Origin: Octopus sinensis
Taxonomy: Eukaryota
DNA length: 64,000 bases
Assembly: GCF_006345805.1 (NCBI RefSeq)
Contig: NC_043023.1
Span: forward strand, 9,486,001 to 9,550,000
Direction of reading: 5' to 3'
This document shows, in pieces, positions 13,787-27,849 of this stretch. The notes beneath the pieces are model-generated. The model did no database searches. It saw nothing but the letters and a program-made list of their open reading frames with translations, and was not told the origin of the DNA. The position numbers and the translations under genes are program-made. How positions within the stretch are numbered: the first letter of the stretch is position 1; each line of letters opens with the position of its first letter.

Positions 13787-14189
13787 AAACGTAGGTACGC
13801 ACACCCATTCACACACCCCTCACAACAGCCGCTAACTTGCTTTTGACCTCTCAGCGACATAAACATTAACACTAATACACGCACACACAAACAGTTACGG
13901 TCACAAACACTCACACGCTACGCTCCCCCCGCATTTACTCACACACACACATACTGACCATCTTCACACTCTTGTCCCACAAAACTACATTCTCTCCTTC
14001 TACTTCCGGTTACTTCAGAAATGTAACTACACGTCGGCCTTGGCGATTTTTCTTCTTTGGACTTTTTCTTTTCTCCTTTCCGACGTTCGAAACGCTAAAT
14101 ACTCTCTTTCACCGAGCGTCAAACTAATATAATACTTTTGCGTTGTGAAATAAACGTGCATGTGGCTGAGCACTCCACGGACACGCATG

Positions 14190-14800
14190 CCTATTTCTTT
14201 ATTACCCACAAGGGGCTAAACATAGAGAGGACAAACAAGGACAGACATAGGTATTAAGTCGATTACATCGGCCCCAGTGCGTAACTGGTACTTAATTTAT
14301 CGACCCCGAAAGGATGAAAGGTAAAGTCGACCTCGGCGGAATTTGAACTCACAACGTAACAGCAGACGAAATACCTATTTCTATTTCTTTATTACCCACA
14401 AGGGGCTAAACATAGAGGGGACAAACAAGGACAGACATAGGTATTAAGTCGATTACATTGGCCCCAGTGCGTAACTGGTACTTAATTTATCGACCCCGAA
14501 AGGATGAAAGGTAAAGTCGACCTCGACGGAATTTGAACTCACAACGTAACAGCAGACGAAATACCTATTTCTATTTCTTTATTACCCACAAGGGGTTAAA
14601 CATAGAGGGGACAAACAAGGACAGACATAGGTATTAAGTCGATTACATCGGCCCCAGTGCGTAACTGGTACTTAATTTATCAACCGCGAAAGGATGAAAG
14701 GTAAAGTCGACCTCGGCGGAATTTGAACTCAGAACGTAACAGCAAACGAAATACCGCTAAGCATTTCGCCCGATGTGCTAACGTTTCTGCCAGCTCGCCG
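14190..14800 (-). mobile_element. SINE with body triplicated in tandem (~190-bp period), nested in another SINE
   Basis: CTATTTCTTTATTACCCACAAGGGG recurs three times. The host SINE continues on both sides (~14150-14190 and 14810-15030). Confidence 0.8.
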
Positions 14801-16026
14801 CCTTCCCTTAACGGTCACGCATACCCTTAACGTAGTTTTCAGGGGAAACTCGGCGTGACACCGAAAGTGACTAAGCAGACCCTTTGAAATGCACGTGCTA
14901 TTCATATGTAACAGTTGAGTGGAAGGGAGCACCATGAAATACAGTGTCTTCCTCAAGGAGACAACGTGTCGTCTGTAATCGAACTCACGACCTTACGATG
15001 GCGAACGGAATACCACAACCAGTTAGGTGCCTTTACAAATACTAAAACAGCAACACCATGTCCCACAGGAAACCAGTAACGAAAACTGAATTTACAGAAC
15101 GAAACGAGCTGAGAGAAATATTTCTCCTTGAATCATTGTGGCATTAAGTGAATCGGGTTGACATGGTGACATTAGAAGCCATAAATATTGCATTTGTTCG
15201 CAGAACAGGACAGCAACGATAATGGAATTAATGAATTAATTAATAATAATTTCTATAGAAAATGGCTACGAGCTGGCAGAAATGTTAGCATGACGTGCAA
15301 AATACTTTTTGGCATTATATGCGTTTTTACGTTCTGTGTTCAAATACAGCCAAGGTCAGCTTGTGTGTCTGTGTATATATATATATATATATTATATTAT
15401 ATTAGATTAGAGATAAAACCATTAGGCAAATCAAACAGTGAAAAACATAAGCCAATACATAAAATTAATTTAAAAGTATAAAAGTTAAAAATTAAAAAAT
15501 TATTAAAATAATTTAAACTTATAAATTTTAAATATATATATACAAATATATATATGTATATGTATGTATGTTTTTATATTTATATATTATTTTGTTTATT
15601 AATTAATTTATTTATTTATTTTTAAATTTTATTTTTATTTAATCTTTAAAATTTTTTTTTTTAATATAAATATCAAAAGTATTGAAAATAAAATAAAATA
15701 AAAGTATTAAAAATATATATATTACTGTTTATAAGGAAAGTTTCTTGTCGAAGATACGTCTCGCTTTCATCCTTAGAAACGTAGAGTAGATGAAACCTTT
15801 AGCGACTGAAGAAGGGGTTTTTTCTTTGTGTTAAATGTCCTATATTCTATTTTTTTTTGCTGTTTTTAAAAAATGTCCAGTTCCTTTTGTTTGTGTCTAT
15901 GTTTTCGTTTCTCATTGTGTTCGACGTCCTTTTGGTGTCCTGTACTCATATATGCGTGTATATGTACATGTAGAGGTAGGTACGTACATATATGTTTATA
16001 TATATGCATATGTTTTATTTTATTTA

Positions 16027-16062
<36 letters not shown>

Positions 16063-16099
16063 TGCATGTACAGTGGTTTGAGGCTATAGTAGAAGGCAC

Positions 16100-16420
16100 T
16101 TGAACAATTTGCCCCAAGATAGTACTTTTGATCAGTGTTGAGATCGTCTCTCTCTACTGATGGAATCTGATTAGATTTCACAACCCTTAGTGTTTCCCAT
16201 CGCTCCAATCTTATCAATCGGCCCAAGAAATCCACGTGATCAGGTAGTTTTTTTTTCCGTGAGAGATTATTAAGAAGATGGTGAAAGGGAAGCTTTTTTG
16301 TGTGGAATTGACACGCAAACCAATGCAATGGCTTCTTCACTTTATCCTCCAAAAGTCTAACGGTGCCTCCTTTTGGTCCTGTATTGACTGCAGTATCATC
16401 GCAACCTACAACTATCATAT
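16100..16420 (-). mobile_element. hAT-like DNA transposase fragment
   Basis: VVGCDDTAVNTGPKGGTVRLLEDKVKKPLHWFACQFHTKKLPFHHL matches the D-G-T-x-V-N-T-G and CxxH signature of hAT-type transposases. Confidence 0.6.
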
Positions 16421-16516
16421 CATTTGGTACTATCTCTCTCTCTCTCTCACACACACACACAAAGAAACATACACACGCGAACACACACACAAACACACAT
16501 ACACACACATATAATA

Positions 16517-16794
<278 letters not shown>

Positions 16795-16886
16795 TTACTT
16801 AAACCTTCCTTGAATGGGTCTTTTACATGCCGAACTCTACTTGGTGAAATTAATGATTATTTCTAAATTAATTCATTTCACCCTTT

Positions 16887-16936
<50 letters not shown>

Positions 16937-17399
16937 CATATGATTGCTTTCCCATCGAAAACAATGTTTGTTCAGTAATGAGAACAGAAATAACTCCTAC
17001 GAACTTGAAATAATAAGAAGGCAACATTCAGGCAAATGACCTATTAAAGTGAAAAGTCACAAGATGCAGATACGAAAATGGTGCGCCCAGAACGGAATAT
17101 TATCAGCAGAGAAACTGATAAGCACACAATATAGTTATTTACACAATTTAACTATCTACAGATAAAAATTGTGCAACACACTGAAGTTGTTTACGCTATT
17201 TACAATTTATTTATTTAGAGATAAAAATTCTGTAATAAAGTTAACTTGTTTTCATTGTTTACGGCTTGATAAGTACAAAGAATTTTATTCATCTTAATAA
17301 CTGTGCATTTGTATTTTCAATCCTGAAGCTGTTGATCGCGAGTTGCACATTTCAAACTTGCATTTTCCTTTCAGCAATATACGCAAGGAGGTATGGCAG

Positions 17400-17632
17400 G
17401 CGGCGAGCTGGCAGAAACGTTAGCACGCGGGTGAAATGTGTAGCCGTATTTCGTCGGCCGTTACGTTTTGAGTTCAAATTCCGCCGAGATCGACTTTGCC
17501 TTTCATCCTCTCGGGGTTTATTAAATAAGTACCAGTTACGTACTGGAGTCGATATAATCGACTTAATCCGTTTGTCTATCCTTGTTTGTCCTCTCTGTGT
17601 TTAGCCCCTTGTGGGCAGTAAAGAAATAGGTA
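17400..17632 (+). mobile_element. tRNA-derived SINE (family of 1858-2242)
   Basis: GGCGAGCTGGCAGAAACGTTAGC...GAGTTCAAATTCC...AAAGAAATAG. Absent from the paralogous segment at ~21290. Confidence 0.85.
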
Positions 17633-18657
17633 TAGCAGCATTTGACCTGCCGATAAAGACACAGTTGGGAGAGTAATAGTCTGCATGTGGTTAAGTGGTT
17701 AAGGTATTCGGCTTATAGTCGTAATATCATGTGTTCAATACCCGGCAGCGCGTTATGTCCTGGGGCAAAACACTTTATTTCACATTGCACCAATCCACTC
17801 AGCTGGAAAATATGTGTTGTACCTGTATTTCAAAACGGCCAGCTTTGTCGCATTCTTTCACCCTGGGTCTCCCTGAGGACTACGTTACGTGTTTGCGTGT
17901 CTGTGCAGTGCTCAGCTAATTGTTCATTCATTTCGCGAACGGGTTGGTTGTCCCTTTGATAGGATCAACTAGAAACGTTATCGTCGCAACCGACAGAGTG
18001 CTAGTAGTAGCCGTTTGCAAGATTATTCGTATTTTGAAAATTTCACTTTCTATCTTCATGCAACTGATTTTGATAAAGTATTCGGCGATATTTCTAGTCA
18101 GGGTGCCTGTATAAGTTGGATTTTCTCTGTTCTGACGGGAATTTTTCCAGTTTTTGTTTTTACCGCGCCTTTCGAAATGATGGTGGGTGGGCAGCTTTTA
18201 ACAACAAACAAAAATTCGGAAAATTTATGAACTTTTTCATTTCACCTTCCCCCAATCCATCTCGTCCGGATCGATTTTGGCCAATATTCTTGACATTACG
18301 CAACTAAAAGCCATACAAGGATCATTTTCGGTAAATAGAAATTTTCTAATTTTTTTCAGACAAAAAAGTGTTTGATCTAGAGAAGATTTGACTGTGATTT
18401 CTTTCACATCCCACGACCTTCTCTCGCGTTTCTTTGTCTCTCTATCACATGTATTGATGGTTTTCAATATTTCCTCCCCATAAACACATTTATGCTAAAA
18501 CAATTTTAAAATTTTATGATCTTTTTCACCTCATCCTCCCATTTCTGGTTTATAATTTTAGAATATTGGAGAGCGTTTGGAGGTCATAGCTGCGATTTAT
18601 CTACAGTGATTTTAAAAAATTCTGTTAGTAAATGAGTTCCCACACGCGCACACACAG

Positions 18658-18693
<36 letters not shown>

Positions 18694-18990
18694 GTATCGA
18701 TTGGTACGATGGGAAAAGGGCTTAAAAATTTTAATTACAATTATTTTTGTTTATATTTCTGGAATTTCTGTGTGCGTGTGCGTGTGTGTGTATGTGTGTG
18801 TGTGTGTGTCAATTCAATGAACAAACATCTCTAAACATGCATACTCGGGTATACATATTCACACACGTACGGACATATATACATATAAACATACCTGCAT
18901 ATATATTATTTAGTTGAAATTTATAGAAAAACAATAGACGAGTACAAGTGTATGAACAACGAGCAAGTTTGACAGTCAGGAAAACTGAGT

Positions 18991-19028
18991 CGTTTACGTT
19001 TCGAGCCCACGCTCTTCATCAGAAAGGA
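18991..19028 (-). ncRNA. Minimal hammerhead ribozyme-like motif in a Penelope-type tail
   Basis: Minus strand: CUUU-CUGAUGA-A-GAGC-GUGG-GCUC-GAAA-CG-UA. Intact core and stem II, weak stem I. Confidence 0.55.
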
Positions 19029-19163
19029 ATGTAAGATCATAAAGATAGAGAGAGAGAGTGAAAAAATCTGTAGATCTCGGTGGTCCAGCATGACCCGTGA
19101 TTAGAATAAATGTTCATAAAAAAGGAGATGATGATGATAATAATAATAATAATAATAATAATG

Positions 19164-19215
<52 letters not shown>

Positions 19216-19219
<4 letters not shown>

Positions 19220-21210
19220 CCCTGTGGATAAATAACATCCAAAGCAAAATAAAAAAAATTAGAAAAGACCTGTCGATTCTTAATGAAATCAGCAAACAAC
19301 GCTACTGAGCAACAAAAAGAGAACAAAAATACTCCGCAAATATAACATCACAGATAAAGATTTGCCTGAAATAAAAGAAAAGCTGAAGCAAGATATCCTT
19401 GCCAAAGCACAAAGGATCCGCCGGTACGAGAAACGCCAGCGCTTCTTTGAACAAAACAAAAAGTTCAACTCCAACCCCAAAAAGTTCTACCAAGAACTGG
19501 GCAAAAATAAAATAGAAGTCACTGCAGCACCAACGGCAGAAGAATTGGAAGAATTCTGGAGAGAAATATGGTCGGCGAACGAACAGCCAAAAAAAAGGAG
19601 TATCAAAATAACAAACTCGGCATCTGAACAACTTTGGACCCCCATAACACCCAGGCACTGCAAAAATTAAGCAACTGGAAGGCACCTGGGCATGACAAGA
19701 TCCCCAACTTCTGGTTGAAATATCTAACAGGAATGCACAAAAAGCTGGCTGAAAACTTTAACAGCATACTAGCAGAGCCAGAGACAATGCCTGAATGGCT
19801 CACGAAGGGGAAAACCATCTTAATTCCCAAATCAAATGAAACAACAAAACCAGAAAACTACAGACCAATAACCTGCCTCCCTACTATGTTCAAGGCATTT
19901 ACTGCAGTGATATCGCAAAGGCTGAACAAGCACCTGGACGAAAACAAACTGTTCCCAGAAGAGCAGAAAGGATGCCGCAAGGGCTCATATGGCTGTAAAG
20001 ATCAACTAATGATTCAGAAAGAAGAAAGGCCTCAGTATGGCCTGGATTGACTACAAAAAGGCGTTTGATAGCATCCCCCACACATGGATCCTCGAAACAC
20101 TAGCCATTAACAAAGTAGCACCAACAATCATAAAATTCATAGAGCACTCTATGAATAAATGGCAAACAGTCCTACACCTCCAAACAAAAGAGGGACTCAT
20201 GAAAACCAAAGACATCCCCATTAGAAGAGGAATATTCCAGGGAGACACGCTCTCTCCACTCCTTTTCTGCTTGGCACTGTCACCTCTATCTGATATGCTA
20301 AATAGAACTGGATGCGGATATAAATGTTACGGCAAAACGATCAGCCACCTTTTATATATGGATAACCTAAGACTATACGCTGCAAATGACAAACAGCTGG
20401 AAACACTATTAAAGACAGTTCATGGATTTACCAAAGAAATAGATATGAAATTTGGATTAGAAAAAATGCGCCAAAGTAACCATGAAAAGAGGAAAACTAG
20501 TTAAGAGTAACAACATCACACTAGATAAAACCAATGAAATAAAAGAATTAGACCAAAGCCAAACTTACAAATACTTAGGAATCCATGAACTAGATAAGAC
20601 ACAACACACACAAATGAAAGAGAAAATAAAAAAAGAATATTATAGACAAGTTAGATCAATACTAAAAACAGAGCTCAATGCTAAAAACAAGATAATAGGT
20701 ATCAACACTTTAGCTGTGCAGTTATAAGTTACAGCTACAATATCCTTAACTGGACACGAAATGAACTGACCAAAATAGATAGGAAAACAAGAAAAATATG
20801 ACAGGATCTAGGATGCATCACCCAAAATCTGACATAGAAAGACTATATATACAACGTATAGAAGGTGGTAGAGGCCTTATACAGCTGGAAAACTACTATA
20901 AAATAACCACCATAGGACTGCAAAAATATCTACTTCAGAAGGAAGGAAAACTGATCCAGATAGCGGCAAAACACGAGCAAAACAAAAAACGGTTCTCAGT
21001 ATTTAAGGAAGCTAATAAACATGAAGAAGAAGAAGAAGAAGATGAAGAAGAAGAAGATGAAGAAGAAGAAGATGAAGAAACAACAAAAGCTATAAAACAA
21101 ATGAAATCCAAACTAAAAATAGAACAGCAACGAACCACGATAAAACGATGGCAAGAAAAGCCCCTTCATGGTAAATACTGGACTAAACTAAACGCAAAAG
21201 AAATAGACAA
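19216..21210 (+). mobile_element. R4/Dong-like LINE, reverse transcriptase region, frameshifted and 3'-truncated
   Basis: NWKAPGHD, NYRPITCL, EEQKG, WIDYKKAFDS, RGIFQGDTLSPLLF, HLLYMDN (YMDD decayed), HPKSDIERLY..R..GGRGL. Begins right after a (TAA)n array. Confidence 0.93.
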
Positions 21211-21769
21211 CTGTGCATTTGTATTTTCAATCCTGAAGCTGTTGATCACGAGTTGCACGTTTCAAACTTGCGTTTGCTTTCAGCAATATACGCATTTGAC
21301 CTGCCGATAAAGAGTAATGTTGGGAGAGTAATAGTCTGCACGTGGTTAAGTGGTTAAGGTATTCGGCTTATAGTCGTAATATCATGAGTTCGATACTTGG
21401 CTGTGCCTTGTGTCCTAGAGCAAGACACTTTATTTCACAGCACTCCAATCCACTCAGCTGGAAAATATGTGTTGTACCTATAATTCAAACAGCCAGCCCT
21501 GTCGTGCTCTGTTTCGTGCTGAATCTCCCTGAGAACTACGTTAAGAGTATGCGTGTCTGTGGAGTGCTCAGCCACTTGTTCGTTCATTTCGCGAGGGGCG
21601 GTCTGGCTGTTCTGTCGATAGGATCAACAGGAAACCTCTTCGTCACTTTAGACAGACTAATAGTAGTGGTAGCTTCACGCAACTGATTTTGATAAAGGAT
21701 TCGGTAAAGTTTTTAATCTGGGCGCCTACATTAGTTGAATTTTCTTCGTGTGTGTGTGTGCGTATGTAA

Positions 21770-22392
21770 GCCTATGTATGTATGTATGTATGTATGTATG
21801 TATGTATGTATGTATGTATGTATGTATGTATGTATGTATGTATGTATGTACGCATGCATGTATGTATGTATGTATGTACGCATGCATGTATGTATGTGTG
21901 AATGTATGTATGTGTGTATGTATGTATGTATGTACGTATGTATGTATGTATGTATGTATGTATGTATGTACGCACGCATGCATGTATGTATGTATGTATG
22001 TACGCATGCATGTATGTATGTGTGAATGTATGTATGTGTGTATGTATGTATGTATGTACGTATGTATGTATGTATGTATGTATGTACGCACGCATGCACG
22101 TATGTATGTATGTATGTACGCATGCATGTATGTATGTGTGAATGTATGTATGTGTGTATGTATGTATGTATGTACGTATGTATGTATGTATGTATGTATG
22201 TATGTATGTACGCACGCATGCATGTATGTATGTATGTATGTACGCATGCATGTATGTATGTGTGAATGTATGTATGTGTGTATGTATGTATGTATGTACG
22301 TATGTATGTATGTATGTATGTACGTATGCATGTATGTATGTATGTATGTATGTATGTATGTGTGTATGCACATGCATGTATGTATGTATGTA
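21770..22392. repeat. (TATG)n microsatellite with higher-order ~120/240-bp periodicity
   Basis: Variant block GTGTGAATG recurs at ~21897, 22021, 22137 and 22261. Confidence 0.9.
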
Positions 22393-23924
22393 AAAGCATT
22401 ATGGAGATTCTTCTGATCATTTATTGATCTCTTGTGATGTGAACTCCAGTAACATTCATTTCTACTCTCAAGTTTTGTCAATATTTAAATATCTAAATGT
22501 TATGATCTAACCAGATACAAATTGTTTGCCTGTTTCTGCCTTTACTTTATTACATAAGAACGCTTATAACGATAGAGAGATAGATTAAAGAGACAGATAG
22601 ACAGAAAGAAGTCGTTGTATCCAGTTCAAATCCCATTGGGTCTCTTTCTGCGAATGACCTATCAATGACCATTTGCCATTAAAGTCGTGCGTGTGCGCGC
22701 ACACACACTCGTGTATTGCTGTTCCTAAACTTCATTATTCAATTCAGCATCGAAGCCTTCAGTCTGATTTTACGGGAGAACAAGTAAGTACATTACATAT
22801 AAATTCCAGTTTGAATTTAGATTTGATTGTAAAATTACATCTCGCATTTACCTAATTCATGGTTTTCATCGGGTTTGAAATTATTATATACATGTTCAAA
22901 TTTATGTTTTTTATTAAAATGAATCTTTATCTTTTCTTAATTTTTCTTTCTCTACTTTACGTCATTTTCTACTAATCCAGTTTTCAAACATTTGAAATTA
23001 CTAAGTTAAAAACTAAAAAACCACGCATCCCAATTTCTAATTTTAACGTAACGTTCGTAACTTTCAAACGCTTAAAATTACTTTACTGGAAACTGAAAAA
23101 CTACTTATCAAAAATTCTATCTTTAACGTAATGTTTATAACGCTTTAAAATTTCAGTTTCTTTTTTCTATGATTTTATTTATATTAAATACCATTTTTAT
23201 TGGTGGTGGTTGGTATTTGTATGTGTCTCTGTGCATTGTTCTGCCTTGGAGCGTACAAACTGCTATGAAAACCGCTTTTCGTTATTTATTTCATCTTACT
23301 TTATTCAATTCTTGTGGAACTTTCACAGCAGCTTTCAACACTATAAAATTGAGCAATGATTGGCAATCCTGATTTTCTTATTTTCTCCATTGCTACCTTA
23401 ATAAACCGAGTATATGATGCTGCTCAACACTAAAATGAAATCTATAATAATAACCTGTGTGTATGCATTAAAATTTTAGTTTTCTGTAATTCAGGGAATC
23501 TAAGTCATTTTTCTACATTCACTATTTTTGTTAGTATTATTTTCATTGATATTTTACTTAATGTGTTTCGAAATCAAAAGATCGCCTTAATTTTATTTTT
23601 CATTTTTAACATTCTTGTTACACTTTTTAAAATGAAATATATATTTGTCAGATGTTATTGTTTGGCAAACTATTTTCATTTTCGGAAAACATTTCTCTGA
23701 TGATAGAGATTTAAAACCTATCATTGTTGCTGGCGATATTCTCAAATTATAGGTTTCGCTTTCGCTAATCCTGTATTATAGGTTCTCGTTGCGATAAAGT
23801 TTCGATTCTCTCTATCCGAAAAATATTTACATTATTTACATTTGATGGATATGTGTCCTCACTATACTTGTTACACGTCCTCGCGTGTGTGTTTTCTCTT
23901 GTTCGCGTTTGGATTAACTATATA

Positions 23925-23975
<51 letters not shown>

Positions 23976-24150
23976 GTATGGATATATATTTATATGTTAT
24001 ATGTATATGTATATATATACATACACACATACATATATACTATAAATATATATTCACATATATATGTATTTTCTCCATGTAAACTACAGACAAAATAGTT
24101 TTTGAATTTTAACCGTTGTCTGCGAAAATTGTGACACACCACACACACAC

Positions 24151-24206
<56 letters not shown>

Positions 24207-24909
24207 TAATTGGATAAGCGTGTATATGTGCGCGTGTGTAAATGCGACTATATGATTGCTTGTGCCTGTAAAAAATGCATAAGTAGTTTTATATTTCATT
24301 TATGTATCTAAGAGTGTGTATCCATTCACCGTTACACGGTAGCGAGAGGGACATGTACATATATATATATATATCTTCCTCTCAACACCTCACAAGCGGT
24401 GTAACGGTGTATGGATACAATGTCTTAGATGCATAGATGCTAACAATTGTAAACCTACTTATAAACGTGTGAACGTATGTTTATGTACAGATATGTACAT
24501 ACACTTGTGTTGTATACACACAGACAACCTTCGACAGAGTAAGAGTCATATATACAACTTATGTGTATATACAACATATATGTATCCACATATCAGTACA
24601 TGAACATACATTCACATTTTCAAGTACATACATATACACAGAAACGTCTGTACACATACTTACAAACGTCTACAACCTTACATACCTACATAACTACATA
24701 AATACATATGAACATACATATATGGATAGGCATGTACACATATACATACGCTCATCCTTACATGCACACATACGCACACATACATACATATATACATGCA
24801 TACATACATACATACATACATAAATACATACATACAACATACATACATACATACATACATACATACATACATACATACATACATACATTCATACATGTAA
24901 ATGCATACT

Positions 24910-25990
24910 AAAGAATATTACAGCCAAATAAAGAAATTTTGACCTCAGAACTCTCTGAATTCAATAAAACAGTGGGCCCACTAAGTGTTTGCAGTGCCAG
25001 TTCTCTTATCAGCATTTCGGCCGCTTGATTGGACGCTTGATAAGATCCATTGATGTGAAAACCCAAAAGATACTACAAGCACACATAATTTTTCACATAA
25101 ACTGTGACGTAGCCCTCCCTTACCTAGAACGAAAGCAAATCGGCAGAAGCTTAACGTCGATCCGAAATGTCTTTGAATGTCGCATCATATCTCTTGTGTA
25201 ACATCTTTTACCACCGAGTGTCAAAGTGCATCTCTTTGCCAAATGTGCATAGATGAGGCTGATAACATCATAAGACTTGGAAGGCAGCTCCTTGAGCCAC
25301 ACTCTGTCTGATAACCTAGAATACATGGCGAAAGATGTCACACGAGTCTATTGCAACTTATTATCAGATGAAAGGATGAGCCAATATGAGCAGCAGACTA
25401 TGCATCGATATGTTAGTAGAAAGTTAACATCGATCATCAATATTGTTTATCATGTACCAACAGCCGGATTACTATCTCCCACTTTGAAGAGTATGCATTT
25501 GCAATCCAGGAACAGGAAATATCAACCAAGAACCTGATGCACAAAAGCGATAGATATGTGGGACAAACCGTAAAATATGACAAACGGATGCAGAATTTGT
25601 GGATTTCACACTGAGGATATCACCCACATTAAAGCACTTGTCCGAAAATGTCATCTACCGATGAGACATGTCATTAGGTAAGCCACGATGTACTACGATG
25701 TAATCTACTCCATCTGAAGGATAATCCGGAAGACAAAGAAATAAACCGTCCAATATAGTAGAAGCCACAGCCTCTCAAAATGAAAAGGAACGTACCAGTG
25801 AAAATCTAAAAAAATGTAAGCTCGGCAGACCTCATATAATGATTTGGGATAGAAAGAGAAACCGTGCACATGGTGGAAATTAGCTGCCCAGCAGATGATG
25901 TTAACGTAAAACGGAAGATTAGGGAAAAAGAGAGCACCTATGCTGAACTATTGCGAAATCTACAGTTACTCTGTCCAGAATACAAGTTCA
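24910..25990 (+). mobile_element. Old, heavily decayed RLE-type LINE 3' half
   Basis: Remnants FHINCDVALPYLERKQIGRSL, CRICGFHTEDITHI and MVEISCPADDVNVKRKIREKESTY parallel the younger element's thumb, CCHC and endonuclease motifs. Confidence 0.7.
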
Positions 25991-26601
25991 TATCCATTGT
26001 TAATTACAACGAGGTGGGTCTCAATCCCTGCTTTATAGCATTACAGAGAGGGTGAATTATCCTTTGTATAGATGCACAAATTCCAATGGGGTAGATGTAA
26101 ATTTCCAGGAAATGGAGATGAATTTCATATTCACAGGCGATAAATTTTTCAATGGGTGAACACAATGAGGTAGGATCAATCTCCTGTTATATGATTAGGT
26201 ATTGCCACATTAATCACATTACTGCTATTCACAAGAGGCTGTAGCTATTTAACTCTTAAAGGCTGAAGGGTTTCTAGAGCGGCCAAGAATAGAGAAGGGA
26301 ATATTCTTGGCCGCTCTAGAAAGCCCTTCAGCCTTTAAGAGTTAAATAGCTACAGCCTCTTGTGATAGCAGTATGTGATTAATGTGGCAAATACCTAATC
26401 ATATACCAAGGATTGATCTACCTCATTGTGTTCAACCATTGAAAAATTTATGCTGTGAATATGAAATTCATCTCCATTTCTCTGGAAATTTACATCTACA
26501 CCATTGGAATTTGTGCATCTATACAAAGGATTAATTCACCCTCTCTGTAATGCTAATAAGCAGGAATTGAGACCCACCTCGTTGTAATTAACAATGGGAT
26601 A
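25991..26601. repeat. ~300-bp-arm fold-back palindrome with 10-nt loop
   Basis: ...CTAGAGCGGCCAAGAATA [GAGAAGGGAA] TATTCTTGGCCGCTCTAG...; arms differ mostly by 1-nt indels. Confidence 0.95.
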
Positions 26602-26951
26602 AATTTGTCTTCTGTGAGTATATAATCCCTCATCATATCTATGGAATGCATATGGATTAGGTCACCTTCTCTGTGATGCTATCAAAACTTTTTTTAAATT
26701 CTGTGATAAGACTGTACATCATCTTTAAAGAACTAGATGAACTTTAGAAATCTGTTTATGTTACTTAATTATCTACATTACTTCATGAGTATAGCCTCAA
26801 ACACTAGGATGTCTAGAGAACTCACATGTATTTTAGCTGATGAGTACGGGGACTCGTTTATATGCTGTAATCTTTGCAATTTTATTAAAACCTGTCCTTG
26901 TATGAAACGATCGTACTAAAAACCTATCCATTCTTGTTGCTTCTTTCTCGC

Positions 26952-26994
<43 letters not shown>

Positions 26995-26999
26995 CACCA

Positions 27000-27048
<49 letters not shown>

Positions 27049-27560
27049 AATATAATATATATATATATATATATGATGTATACATGAACTCTCACATACA
27101 GATGTGTAAACTAATCTCCCTTATCTCGTTCGTCTTCTTCATTTTCTATTTCTTACAATCAAGTTTTACTTGTCTTCACGTCTTTTTCTCTTTATTTTTT
27201 TCTCCTCTAATTTTGTATTTATTTCCTTATTTGTCGCCATAATCCTCATGTTTATAGTCATGGACAAACCACCACCATCATCGTCAACATCATCATCAAC
27301 TTCATCATATTATCTCACCATCATCATCAGCATCAATGCCACCGACGCTATAAACATCATCTACCTCATCATTATACCCATCTTCAACAATATCTATCTT
27401 CGTTATCAATCACCATCATCGTCGTTGTCATTCATCATTGTCATCATCTTCTTCATCAACTTTTTCCATTTCCATTTGTTTATTTTTCGTCTCTTCCTGC
27501 ATCGTATTGAAATATAATATTTAATATAGTATTTCTTAGCAATTACCGTTTATTTTACAG

Positions 27561-27630
27561 AGATCTATCCCACAATGCAATTTCAAGTTTGGAACAAAAT
27601 GCCTTCGAAACACTGACCGAAAAAAAGATT
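27561..27630 (+). CDS. LRR micro-exon A, unit 1 (70 nt; 2 nt short)
   Basis: ttttacAG/GTAAGT. DLSHNAISSLEQNAFETLTE, then GAAAAAAAGATT where other copies have GAAATAGAAAGATT. Confidence 0.75.
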
Positions 27631-27849
27631 GTAAGTTGGATGTGTCTTGCTGATACTACTTTCTGTGCATTCCCCTCTTTATTTGACGTTTCTTGACACG
27701 TCTCTAGCTGATATTCACTCTAAATATATGCGAGACTCTGTGTGAATCTTAGTGCTTGTTGTGTATATGTGATGCACTTTGTGAAGAATAACAAAGATTA
27801 AAAATTGCTGCCAACAACTATCTCCAGAATGTAAGAATATCATCGCTAC

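Noticed and set aside
22748-23372. Possible first exon of the LRR gene (donor GTAAGT at 22784; hydrophobic ORF 23169-23372)
   Set aside because: No convincing signal peptide or LRRNT cysteines, and no phase link to exon A.
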